Source: Turneriellaceae bacterium (lineage in GTDB: Bacteria; Spirochaetota; Leptospiria; Turneriellales; JAOUFE01). From it: DNA of 64,000 nt. Position 1 is the first letter of the stretch, and each line of letters starts with the position of its first letter. The notes beneath the pieces were generated by a model. It did not search any database and had not been told where the DNA came from. It saw only the letters and a list, made by a program, of their open reading frames with translations. The position numbers and the translations under genes are program-made. The stretch covers positions 53,491 to 117,490 of the forward strand of contig JBNLDQ010000003.1 of assembly GCA_050304475.1 (NCBI GenBank). Direction: 5' to 3'. This document shows, piece after piece, positions 1-9,128 of the stretch.

Positions 1-606
1 ATCATTGCCGTTAAGCCGGCCATTGTTTCGAAAATTGCCGCTGCGGTTCCGGATGACCGTTTGATCATGTCAATTGCCGCCGGGGTTCCGGTTCAAGCGA
101 TTGAAGATTCGCGGCAAGTCAGCGGGCCGGTCATTCGCGTGATGCCTAACGTTCCGCTGACGGTAAAAGAAGGGATCAGCGCGTTATGCGCCGGAGAGCG
201 AGCCGGGGAAGAAGACCGGGCTTTTGCTCTCGAAGTTTTTATGCACGGCGGAGACGCTTTTTATCTGGAAAATGAAAATGACATGCATGCGGTTACCGCT
301 CTTTCGGGTTCGGGGCCGGCCTTTGTGGAATTGTTCATGCAAACGATGGAAGACACCGGCGTTCTTTTGGGGCTTTCCCGCGATATTTCGCGGCGCCTGA
401 GCGCGGCTACTGTCCAGGGAACCGGCCGCATGGTGCAAAAGTCAAGCCGTTCGCCCCAGGAGTTTATTCATGACGTTACCTCCCCCGGCGGAACTACGGC
501 AGCCGGTCTGCAAACGCTGAAAGATTTCGGAATGGAACGGGCGATCATTCGAGCCATCAAACGCAGCGCCCGTCGCTCAGCCGAGTTAGGCTCGCAGACA
601 AAATGA
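1..606 (+). CDS. proC: Pyrroline-5-carboxylate reductase, C-terminal part (5' end outside window)
   Basis: Frame 1 is open from base 1 into track ORF 61..606. Motifs SGSGPAFV and TSPGGTTAAGL are typical of the ProC C-terminal domain. The stop overlaps the next start (ATGA at 603-606). Confidence 0.9.
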   Translation: MIAVKPAIVSKIAAAVPDDRLIMSIAAGVPVQAIEDSRQVSGPVIRVMPNVPLTVKEGISALCAGERAGEEDRAFALEVFMHGGDAFYLENENDMHAVTALSGSGPAFVELFMQTMEDTGVLLGLSRDISRRLSAATVQGTGRMVQKSSRSPQEFIHDVTSPGGTTAAGLQTLKDFGMERAIIRAIKRSARRSAELGSQTK

Positions 607-1652
607 ACCTGGAAAGGCAGCTCATTGAAAAAATCCGCAAGAATACCGAAAACGGGCCGGATGTTCCCGGCCTGGGGATTGGCGATGACGCCGCTTTCTT
701 ACTGACCCATTCTCTTGAACACGACAAAATAATCATTTCAACCGACTCTCTGGTAGAAGGCGTTCATTTTGATCTGGCTTACGGCGGCTACCCTGACGCG
801 GCCGTGAAGTTGTTTGAGATGAGCGCTTCGGATATTTTAGCCAAAGGGGGCACACCCCGTTGGGCTCTTTTAAACCTGAGCATCACCCGGAGTCTGGCTT
901 TCATGGAGTCTTCATTGGAACCAACCGGCCCTTCCGGCCAGGTAAAAGCCGGGTTTATCAATACCTTGATTGGCGCGGCTCACGCCAAAGGCGTGGCGGT
1001 TATTGGCGGGGATATCACGTTATCTGCAACCAATGTATTTACCATGACAATGCTGGGCACCGCCTCGGGTCCGGCCGGTCATTTCATAAGCCGGAAAAAC
1101 AGCTCCATTCAAAAAGGCGATTTGCTTGTGATGAGCGGGGCTATCGGCGGGTCAACCTGCGGTTTTGAAGAGTTGCAGGCCGGCAGAGAAACGCCGCTGG
1201 CCGAAAGCTACCGGCGCCCGGCGGCCAACTGGGATAACGGCTGGCTCCACCAATACGGCGCCCTCGCCTCGCTGGATCAGTCCGACACGTTTCATGAATC
1301 GGTTTCCATTCTCGCCGCACAAAACAACCTGGTCTTGCGGTTAGATTTAGACGCGGTAGGTTTGCACCCCGGCTTAAGCGCCCTATCGGACGAAGAGCGG
1401 CTTCGCTTGACGCTCAACGCCTCGGAAGATTTTGCCGTTCTTGCCATTTTACCCGGGGGAACTTCCATTGACCCGCAAGCCGGTCTCTGCACGGTTGGCC
1501 GGGTTGAAGAGGTATTGAAGAGCGCCGGAGATTCTTCAAAACCCGATTCGGTTTTATCGGAAAAATACGAAATTCATTATTACGATTCTGGCCGCGAAGT
1601 GCCCTTGACTCAAATCGAACGCTGGAGTCTTTCCGGGTTTCGCCATTTTTAA
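603..1652 (+). CDS. thiL: Thiamine-monophosphate kinase
   Basis: 349 aa with AIR-synthase-related motifs GIGDDAAFL, STDSLVEGVHF and ASDILAKGG. Translationally coupled to proC. Confidence 0.85.
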   Translation: MNLERQLIEKIRKNTENGPDVPGLGIGDDAAFLLTHSLEHDKIIISTDSLVEGVHFDLAYGGYPDAAVKLFEMSASDILAKGGTPRWALLNLSITRSLAFMESSLEPTGPSGQVKAGFINTLIGAAHAKGVAVIGGDITLSATNVFTMTMLGTASGPAGHFISRKNSSIQKGDLLVMSGAIGGSTCGFEELQAGRETPLAESYRRPAANWDNGWLHQYGALASLDQSDTFHESVSILAAQNNLVLRLDLDAVGLHPGLSALSDEERLRLTLNASEDFAVLAILPGGTSIDPQAGLCTVGRVEEVLKSAGDSSKPDSVLSEKYEIHYYDSGREVPLTQIERWSLSGFRHF

Positions 1653-1668
1653 TTTATGTTTTGCCTGG

Positions 1669-1690
1669 CGCCGGATCCGGCGTTCTGTTT
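1669..1690 (+). terminator. Putative intrinsic terminator after thiL
   Basis: GC-rich hairpin CGCCG-GATC-CGGCG 17 nt after the thiL stop, followed by TTCTGTTT. Confidence 0.4.
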
Positions 1691-1741
1691 GACTTCTTTG
1701 ACTTCTTTGACTTCTTTGACTTCTGGGAACTCCGGGAACTC
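1688..1741. repeat. 9-bp tandem repeat: 4 x TTTGACTTC then 2 x YGGGAACTC
   Basis: Read directly: tttgacttc at 1688, 1697, 1706 and 1715; tgggaactc at 1724; cgggaactc at 1733. Lies in the convergent intergenic region between thiL and the 1855..3294 gene. Confidence 0.9.
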
Positions 1742-1854
1742 TGGCCGTTGGTTTGCTTTTAAAAAAGTATGGCGGCCGAACGGTGGGAGAGTAACGGCCG
1801 CCTGGAGTCGTGGTTCGGCAGGAATGCGCTGACACCCTGCCTGAGCTATTTCTC

Positions 1855-3294
1855 TTAAAAACTCATCTTTGCTCTAAAATAGATGAGATCCAAATCCTTG
1901 TAGAGCTCCATAAACCGATCGCCGTCGGCGTAAAAGGCGGTAGCTCCCAATGCCACGCTCAGCGAGTCGTGGACAAACCATGTCACCTGACCTGAGGGGA
2001 TATACCCTTCTTTAAAGTTGGCAGGTTTGGTAATAATATTTGCAGAAATTTCAAGCTTTTCATGGAAATATTTATCTTCGATGACAAGCAGCAAAAAATC
2101 GTTAAAAAATTCCTCTTCGTATAACGATTCATTTTTCAAATATTGCGTTGCCGTATATTCAACCAACACCCGGCCGTAATCTCCCCAGAGGTTATAGTCG
2201 ATTCCGGCGGTATACGCGAGATTCGCCACATGATCAACCTTGCGAGTGACGACCAGTTCAGGCTGGCCTGAAACCGGGTTCGTTTGTTGCACCTGCGTCA
2301 CTTTGGTTTCATCGCGGTACAAAGCCGGGTAGTCCGGCGAGTAAACCGCTTCGGTCCGGATCGCCACTTTGTCAAACGCCACGGCAATATCACCCCCGAT
2401 CTTTTGTACGCGGCTATGGTCCGGGCGCAAGACAACGCTTGCGGGCGCCGGGCCGGGCGGCAGGCTGAAATGCGCTTCGGGGATCATGATCACCCCGGAA
2501 TTCAAACCGTTGAAATAGGAGACATGAAAATCGGCTATACCAAGCGAACCGCCGGCGCGAATCGCCCAGGAAGGGTCCAGCGTGCCCGGTTCGCCATAGT
2601 CCGGGTTAAATTCTGTGTTTGTTGAACCGGCGGAAGATGACCCGAAATCAAACGCCCAGAGCGAACCCGCTTCAGGGAAAAGAACAGGCGTATGAAAAGG
2701 GACGGCGGCCGCCTCAACGGCAAAATCGCCTAAAATCCATTGCAGGTCCATGGCAAAGACGCCGAGGTAGCGTTCGTCTTTTTCTTTAAAAAACATCTCG
2801 CGCAGGTCGCGTGTGTTCAGGTAGTTTTGCAGGTGAAAGGCGTCGGCTTTGCTCCATAAAAAAAGTTGTTTCCCCGCCTTGAACCTGAAGTTTTCTCCCG
2901 CGGCAAAGTAAAACTCGGTGGCGTTGATTTCGCCGTTATGGTAACCGCCGGGCCCGTTTGTCGAAGAGCCGGTTTCCGGGTAGAAAAACAAATCAACCGA
3001 GGCAAAGACGTACGTAAACGAATCGCCATATTTAAAGTTTACCCGGCTGCGCGCTTCGAGTTTGTAGATGGAGTTATCCCAACCTACCTGGTTTTCGCTT
3101 TCGAGGTACCCGTCGATGCTCCAGGAGGACAACCCCGGGATTTCCGAATCGCCTGAAAGAAACATGGCATCGAGTTCTTCTTCCGAGAAACTTTCGTCTT
3201 GCGCTTGCATGCGAGCCGGCGCCGCCAGTAAAGCGGCAATGACGAGAAGCCGTAAAAGGCGTCCTGTTCGTTTATTTTGATTCCAATTTTTCAT
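1855..3294 (-). CDS. Putative outer-membrane beta-barrel protein (DUF1302-like), distal gene of the RND/LolA-like cluster
   Basis: Signal peptide (LLRLLVIAALLAAPARMQA), Gly/aromatic-rich alternating strand pattern, C-terminal ...RAKMSF. Co-oriented with 3350..7181. Confidence 0.6.
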   Translation of the reverse strand: MKNWNQNKRTGRLLRLLVIAALLAAPARMQAQDESFSEEELDAMFLSGDSEIPGLSSWSIDGYLESENQVGWDNSIYKLEARSRVNFKYGDSFTYVFASVDLFFYPETGSSTNGPGGYHNGEINATEFYFAAGENFRFKAGKQLFLWSKADAFHLQNYLNTRDLREMFFKEKDERYLGVFAMDLQWILGDFAVEAAAVPFHTPVLFPEAGSLWAFDFGSSSAGSTNTEFNPDYGEPGTLDPSWAIRAGGSLGIADFHVSYFNGLNSGVIMIPEAHFSLPPGPAPASVVLRPDHSRVQKIGGDIAVAFDKVAIRTEAVYSPDYPALYRDETKVTQVQQTNPVSGQPELVVTRKVDHVANLAYTAGIDYNLWGDYGRVLVEYTATQYLKNESLYEEEFFNDFLLLVIEDKYFHEKLEISANIITKPANFKEGYIPSGQVTWFVHDSLSVALGATAFYADGDRFMELYKDLDLIYFRAKMSF

Positions 3295-3349
3295 TTCGTC
3301 TTATCCGTTAGGCGCCATTAATCGATATTACCGCCCCAGCTTCTTTTTA

Positions 3350-4105
3350 TTACAACGCTTCCGGGGAAAACAAGCTGGCGCTGACCCCCTGGTTGTACCG
3401 GATCGAGCGCGTATAGATCACGGTTTTTCCCTTGCCGTCGGTCCTTTCCATTGTGATTTTTTTCGGCGTTAAGATGCCGTCGATCTTTTCAACGATTTCA
3501 ACCCGCATGGTTTTGGTATGACCTGACGGTTCATAAAGTTCAGCCTGAATGATAAAATAGTCCGATTTACGCAAATAGACAACGGCCTTTTCATACACCT
3601 TTGCGCCGTTTATTTTTCGCATTTCGATTTTATAACAAGGCGTGTCGCCAACCTTCGCTTCGCCTAAATATTTGTAATCATAGTCATCGATATGCCGGCT
3701 CGATAAATCTTCATAATAAAAGTGGCTGCCGACAAAAGGTTTGTCTTTATCGCCCGCGGCAATTTTTCTGACATCGCCGCTCGAAAGTTTGATCCACTGG
3801 ATCGAGTCGCCCCCTTTTTGAGACCAGCTTAAAAACTCGATTTTGGAAGGTTTGGTAAACGTAGAGCGCGTTCTGGTTTCTTCGCCGAATTTGCGGGAAA
3901 CTCCCTGGAACTCTTTGGTTTCGGGTTTTTGCCCTTCCCGGTAAATGACCATGACAGATTGGCTTCGTGAATCTTTCGCTTCGGGGAGAGCGTCATTTTT
4001 TTCCATCAATTCGCGGCCGCGCTCATCGGCTTGAACAGGCCCCGCCCATACCAGCAGAACTGAAAGGCACACCCCTTCGATCCATCTGTTTTTTTTGAAT
4101 TTCAT
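3350..4105 (-). CDS. LolA-like outer membrane lipoprotein-sorting family protein (TP0789-type)
   Basis: 251 aa with a signal peptide. Size and sequence pattern (RGRELMEKNDALPEAKD...VMVIYREGQKPETKEF) match the LolA_like proteins usually found next to COG1033 RND exporters. Confidence 0.6.
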   Translation of the reverse strand: MKFKKNRWIEGVCLSVLLVWAGPVQADERGRELMEKNDALPEAKDSRSQSVMVIYREGQKPETKEFQGVSRKFGEETRTRSTFTKPSKIEFLSWSQKGGDSIQWIKLSSGDVRKIAAGDKDKPFVGSHFYYEDLSSRHIDDYDYKYLGEAKVGDTPCYKIEMRKINGAKVYEKAVVYLRKSDYFIIQAELYEPSGHTKTMRVEIVEKIDGILTPKKITMERTDGKGKTVIYTRSIRYNQGVSASLFSPEAL

Positions 4106-4142
4106 TATATGGCTCCTTTTGTGTTTCGTTCGTATTTCATCT

Positions 4143-7100
4143 CTATTGCGCGGCGCCTAACGCTTCAGCGCTTTCACCGGGCGGGTTGTCAGGCGTATCA
4201 TCCTGTTGGTTTTCTTCAAGGCCGTTTTCCAGTTCTATGTTCCGGATTTGCAGACGTAAAACCTGCACAAGAGCCGGTAAAAATAACAAGGCCCCTAGCG
4301 TCGTGGCGATCATCACCGCGGCGACTAAAATGCCGAGAAAAAAGATCGGCTTAAAGTGCGACAAGGTGAGAATTGAAAATCCGAAGATCAACGCCAACGA
4401 GGTATACATGATGGCTACGCCGGCCTCTTCGTATGTTTTTCGAATGGCGTCTTGTAAAGAACGGCTGCTTTTTAAATGATGCGACAGCGTCTTCATAAAG
4501 TGGATGGTATCGTCTATCCCGATCCCGATGGCGACCGACGAAAGAATCGCTTTGGGGATATCGAGCGGGATTTGCAAATACCCCATCACCCCGTATACCA
4601 AAGATATCCCGAAACTGATGGGAATAATCGAAACCAGCGATGCCAGGGCGCTTTGAAACAAGAGATAGGTAATGAACCCGATGATCAACAAGCTTAAAAT
4701 CACGCTGGTCATTTGGCTTGTAATGATGTAGTCGGCCAGGATAGAAATATTAATACCCGCGCCGGCCATAAACCAGGTATAGCCGCCGGGGTTATCTTGC
4801 GGGTTGTCTAACGTCTTCATGTACGAGAGAACCCGCTTCTCAATCGCCTGGTTGACTGCCGTGCTAAAAAGACGTTTTTCGTTTGAACCGGTGCGAATTA
4901 CCAAATTGACGCGCCGGTATTCGGAATCGACGGATTGTTCAAAGCTATCCGGTCTGCCGTCCGAATTTCGATCGTCGCCGGCAAAAATTTCAAGATAGTC
5001 TGTAATCTGTCGGGCGCTGCCGGGGATTTTAAAATATGCCGGGTCGTCGTTATGAAACGCCATGTGCATGCGTTTGATATAGTCGCCAAAAGAAATCGTA
5101 GAAAGAATATTATACTCGTCTCTTTGTTCCGGCAGGGCCATCCATTCGCGGACGCCTTCGACAAATTTTAAAAACTCGGGGTCTTTCGCCCCGCCCGGGC
5201 GGCCCGAGTCAATAATAAGATCATTTGCAAAAGTACCGTTAAACAATTCGCCAAGACGATCGTCCGATTTTCGGATATAAGAATCGTCCCGAAAATTGTA
5301 CATGGGAGCGGTTTCGGGTCGAATGTCAAAGAGCCCGATAACGCCAATTACAAATAAAAACGAAAAAACGGCAATGACTTTACCCGGGTGGTTTAAGCTC
5401 AGGTGCGCCAGAAATTCCAGCGCTTTCACGACAACCGGGTTTGTCTTTTTTTCACCGCTAAATTTATCGAGGCTAAGCGGTTTCAAAAGAACCAGAAACG
5501 CGGGGATCAAAACAAACGATAGCAGCGTGGCAAAAAGAGAGCCGGCGGCGGCAAACATGCCAAAGTCGCGCAGCGAGGTGACCTGGCTGATGGAAAGCGT
5601 TAAGAAGGAAATCATTGTCGTTAATGTCGCCAGCAAGATGGTTACCGAAATATGCGTCATGCATTTTAGCAAAGTTTCTCTTTTTTGCTTATGACTGGCG
5701 CTGTTTGCGATGGCCGGGAGTTCATGCATGTACTGGTTAAACATATGGATCGAATACGAACTGCCCACGGCAATCAAGAGGGGCGGTAAGATCGAGACTA
5801 AAAGCGAAACCTTGATACCGGCATGGCCCATGAGACCCATGGTCCAGATGGCCCCCACGACAACCGTGAGAGTGGGCAAAACAATCCCGCGTAACGAACG
5901 AAAATTCAAATAAAACGTAAAAATGACAATCAGCAAAACCAGCGGCATATAGGTCGCCAGATCTTTTTGAACAAAATCGTCCATAAAGCGTTCGACAATA
6001 ATCGAACCGTTGGAATACATTTTCACGGGTTCCCGGTCATACTTGCGAATCAAGGGCCAAAGATAGCTTGAAAATTTACTATAGTGCAATAACGATTTTA
6101 AGACGAGAGAAAAGGAGAGTGCCCGGACATTGCCGTCGCCGTCAGTCGAATAAAAAAGATCTTTGTTTAACGGGTTCATCTCGATCTTCTTTTGATAGGC
6201 TTCAAAGTCGGCTTTGCTCTGCGGTAAGACTCGAAGACCCTTTTCGGTCTCAATAAAATCAACGGGTTTTAATTCGTTGTTTTTTCCGGAGATGTCTTCG
6301 CCGGTGATGGGGTTCATGAAGGTATGCACCATCTCCATCGATTTAAAAAGATACATTTCTTCCCAGGCGTTTAAAAACCGTGCAAATGTTTTACGGTCAA
6401 GGGGTTCGTTTTCGCCGGTTTCTTCCAGACCGAATTTGTTTAGTACGGTATCAACCTGACGGCTTGCCGCCGGGTCCATTGCGGCGCGGATTTGAGCAAG
6501 ACTCACCGGAGTGTAACCGCTCAGATCATACCGGCGCTGCTTTCGGATCGGGGTTGCAAAACGATCTTCGGGTAAGGGCGAGTCGAGATCCCATAAGTCA
6601 TTTTCCGGCGCGTCTCCGAGCAGTTGGTCCATCTCTCCGCCAAGAGACGAGCCCCCGCCGTTGCCTGATAAAATCAATTCGTCAAGTTGCGCTTCAATAT
6701 CTTCGGCAATTAAATCGCTTTGTTGCTCCGCTTGCGCCGTCTCGCCCGTTTCGGATTCCGTAGGTTTTGCCGGGTCCGCTGCGGCGTCGATTTGAGCGTT
6801 ACCAAGCGCGACCAGCGCATCAAGGCGGGCGTTTTCCTGTTCCAGGTTAAACTCTTTGTACTCTTCCAGTTCGCTCACCATTTCATTGACATGGTGAAAG
6901 AGCTCCGGCGAAAAAAGTTCTCTGCCTTCCGAGGGTTCTATGGAGGTAATGATAAATGTTTTCGATTTTAAAAATGCAATATTAGCCCGTTCCCCTAACA
7001 AATAAACCGGCTCTTCTTTTGGCATTAAAAACTCGATTGAGTTATCGGATTGCAGTTTTCTCAAACCGGAACCAAGAAAAACGGTCAAAAGCAAAATAAA

Positions 7101-7181
7101 AACCAGAGAGACGCGGGGACGATCAATGATAAGTTTCAACCATTGCTGCAACAGATTTTTTAGCATATATGAACTATACAT
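4143..7181 (-). CDS. RND-superfamily exporter (MMPL/HAE3-type, COG1033-like)
   Basis: 1012 aa with two blocks of about 6 TM helices separated by large loops, and an SSD-like GIGIDDTIHF motif. There is an acidic insertion in the first periplasmic loop. Confidence 0.8.
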   Translation of the reverse strand: MYSSYMLKNLLQQWLKLIIDRPRVSLVFILLLTVFLGSGLRKLQSDNSIEFLMPKEEPVYLLGERANIAFLKSKTFIITSIEPSEGRELFSPELFHHVNEMVSELEEYKEFNLEQENARLDALVALGNAQIDAAADPAKPTESETGETAQAEQQSDLIAEDIEAQLDELILSGNGGGSSLGGEMDQLLGDAPENDLWDLDSPLPEDRFATPIRKQRRYDLSGYTPVSLAQIRAAMDPAASRQVDTVLNKFGLEETGENEPLDRKTFARFLNAWEEMYLFKSMEMVHTFMNPITGEDISGKNNELKPVDFIETEKGLRVLPQSKADFEAYQKKIEMNPLNKDLFYSTDGDGNVRALSFSLVLKSLLHYSKFSSYLWPLIRKYDREPVKMYSNGSIIVERFMDDFVQKDLATYMPLVLLIVIFTFYLNFRSLRGIVLPTLTVVVGAIWTMGLMGHAGIKVSLLVSILPPLLIAVGSSYSIHMFNQYMHELPAIANSASHKQKRETLLKCMTHISVTILLATLTTMISFLTLSISQVTSLRDFGMFAAAGSLFATLLSFVLIPAFLVLLKPLSLDKFSGEKKTNPVVVKALEFLAHLSLNHPGKVIAVFSFLFVIGVIGLFDIRPETAPMYNFRDDSYIRKSDDRLGELFNGTFANDLIIDSGRPGGAKDPEFLKFVEGVREWMALPEQRDEYNILSTISFGDYIKRMHMAFHNDDPAYFKIPGSARQITDYLEIFAGDDRNSDGRPDSFEQSVDSEYRRVNLVIRTGSNEKRLFSTAVNQAIEKRVLSYMKTLDNPQDNPGGYTWFMAGAGINISILADYIITSQMTSVILSLLIIGFITYLLFQSALASLVSIIPISFGISLVYGVMGYLQIPLDIPKAILSSVAIGIGIDDTIHFMKTLSHHLKSSRSLQDAIRKTYEEAGVAIMYTSLALIFGFSILTLSHFKPIFFLGILVAAVMIATTLGALLFLPALVQVLRLQIRNIELENGLEENQQDDTPDNPPGESAEALGAAQ

Positions 7182-7302
7182 TTCTTTTTTATAAAATCTA
7201 CCGGATTTATAATTCCGGCTTCTTTTTTACCTTACATTCATTTGACGAAAAAAGCGCCCCGCCGGCAAACTGGGCTTTCGGCCAATATTAGTTCTTGTTA
7301 AA

Positions 7303-8415
7303 ATGAATCGCGTACGGCATTCCGGTCTCAGCCTCATGGATTTGCTTTTATTCTCAATTCACAGTTTCGGAGCCTGGTTTTCCATTATCATCGGCTTGGG
7401 GCAGCTCGCTCGACCATGGCATCGAAACAACATTGTCCCCACCCTGTTGTTTATTTCGGTCGGTTTGGTAATTTTTTATTTGGGGTTGATGGTAACCCAG
7501 GAAATTGTGAAGGTCCCCCATTTTTTGCATACTTCCATTCCTTTTATCTATATGTTGGGCCCGCTCTGCTATTTCTATGTCAGCATGATCAGCTCGGTTG
7601 ACTTTTTTCTTCGGCCAAAGCACATCGTACACTTTTTGCCGGCGATGCTTGTTATTCTTTTTTTAATCCCCACGTGGACAGCGCCATATGACGTGAAACT
7701 GTCGCAAGCCCAGGCAATGTTAAAGATGGAATACGCCCCCTTGATCCGGGAGTGCGCTCTGCTTGGCGATTTCATCATTTGCATTTATTTGGCGTTGATT
7801 ATCCGGGACATCAGATCGCTTAGCGGTTCCAAGTCGATTGAAGCGCGCCATATCGGAATCCTGGCGGTGATTTGGTCGCTGGCATGCTCGGCGGCGGCTT
7901 ACGCCGTACTGGCTGAAGAAATCCGCTATCTGGGCATCACCAGCTTAATGACCACATTGTCGATTGTGTACATTTACGTGCTTTCTCAACGCTACCCCAA
8001 GTTTTTGTCGCAACTGGCATTTGAAATACGCACTCGAAAATACGCCGCAAAATATGAAAAGTCATTGTTGAAAAATCTGGATCTGGACGGCCTGGACCAT
8101 AACCTGAAAATCTTGCTTGATGAAGAATCGCTCTACACGAGGGAAAATCTTTCTCTGCAAGACGTAGCCGAAAGGCTTTGTCTAAGTTCGCACCAGCTCT
8201 CTCAATATTTAAACGAGCACAAAGGGATGAATTTTAATTCGTTTATCAACAAATACCGGGTGAAAGCGGCTTGCCGCCTGCTTTTGCTGGAACCGGAAAA
8301 AACAGTGCTGAGCATCGCTTACGATGTCGGATTTAATTCTCTTTCTTCTTTTAATGACGCCTTTCGTAAAACCATGGGCGTCGCCCCCAGTCATTACCGG
8401 AAAAACCAGGAGTGA
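7303..8415 (+). CDS. Membrane-anchored AraC-family transcriptional regulator
   Basis: About 230 aa of N-terminal multi-TM domain, then a C-terminal AraC HTH (LSLQDVAERLCLSSHQLSQYL...GFNSLSSFNDAFRKTMGVAPSHYRK). Divergent from the RND cluster. Confidence 0.85.
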   Translation: MNRVRHSGLSLMDLLLFSIHSFGAWFSIIIGLGQLARPWHRNNIVPTLLFISVGLVIFYLGLMVTQEIVKVPHFLHTSIPFIYMLGPLCYFYVSMISSVDFFLRPKHIVHFLPAMLVILFLIPTWTAPYDVKLSQAQAMLKMEYAPLIRECALLGDFIICIYLALIIRDIRSLSGSKSIEARHIGILAVIWSLACSAAAYAVLAEEIRYLGITSLMTTLSIVYIYVLSQRYPKFLSQLAFEIRTRKYAAKYEKSLLKNLDLDGLDHNLKILLDEESLYTRENLSLQDVAERLCLSSHQLSQYLNEHKGMNFNSFINKYRVKAACRLLLLEPEKTVLSIAYDVGFNSLSSFNDAFRKTMGVAPSHYRKNQE

Positions 8416-8451
8416 CCGGGGAAAAACCGCCAATCTCTCCGGGTTTTTTTT
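8416..8451. terminator. Putative bidirectional intrinsic terminator between convergent genes
   Basis: Stem CCGGGGA (8416-8422) pairs with TCTCCGG (8436-8442, one G-U), 13-nt loop, followed by G and T8. Confidence 0.55.
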
Positions 8452-8483
8452 AACCGTTCTTTCAAAAAAATCGGATCACCGGC

Positions 8484-8960
8484 TTAGTTCACCGGCTCAA
8501 ACTCAATGGCGACGGAAGTTCCGGCATCGGGGAAACCGACCCCTTCGGCCTCTTCCAAAGAACGTTTGTTGTTGTCTCTGGGCAGAATGATTTTCAAGTT
8601 GCCGTTTTCCAGGATTTGCCAGAAATAAATAGTATAGGTTTGAGACATCATCTGGCCGGCGTTTTCTCCCGCGCCGGTTTTTGGCACAGGCTGAGCGATA
8701 ATCCGCCGTTTTTCATTATCCAGATTGCGAATTTCAATTGTCCGCGTCATACTGGAAGCCTGCTGGCTGATTTCAATTGCCTTTTCCGTAAATTTGTAGA
8801 TCGTCTCTCCATTCGGATTGGAACGGGAAAAGCTTTTCCCGAGAAGTTCTTTTGCGTATGGGCCTTTGAGCAACCCGCCCGTTCCGGGATCGCAAAAACC
8901 GAGCAAAAGGGCAAACAAGGGAACAGCCATGCATTTCATGACTAAAATAATGTTTTTCAT
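8484..8960 (-). CDS. Hypothetical lipoprotein
   Basis: Start moved to the internal ATG at 8960 (MKNIILVMKCMAVPLFALLLGFC, a lipobox-like LLGFC). No recognisable domain. Confidence 0.55.
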   Translation of the reverse strand: MKNIILVMKCMAVPLFALLLGFCDPGTGGLLKGPYAKELLGKSFSRSNPNGETIYKFTEKAIEISQQASSMTRTIEIRNLDNEKRRIIAQPVPKTGAGENAGQMMSQTYTIYFWQILENGNLKIILPRDNNKRSLEEAEGVGFPDAGTSVAIEFEPVN

Positions 8961-9128
8961 GATATCGCAAATGCATTGAGACGATGAATTGTCACCTCTT
9001 TTTAAATGAAAAGATAGTAGACCATGTTGACTAATTTGACAGTTTGCCATATATTATGTAATTATTATATTATCGAACGCGCCGATCATATAAAAGTTCC
9101 GGCTTCCCCGGGTCGAAAAGGAGAAAGA

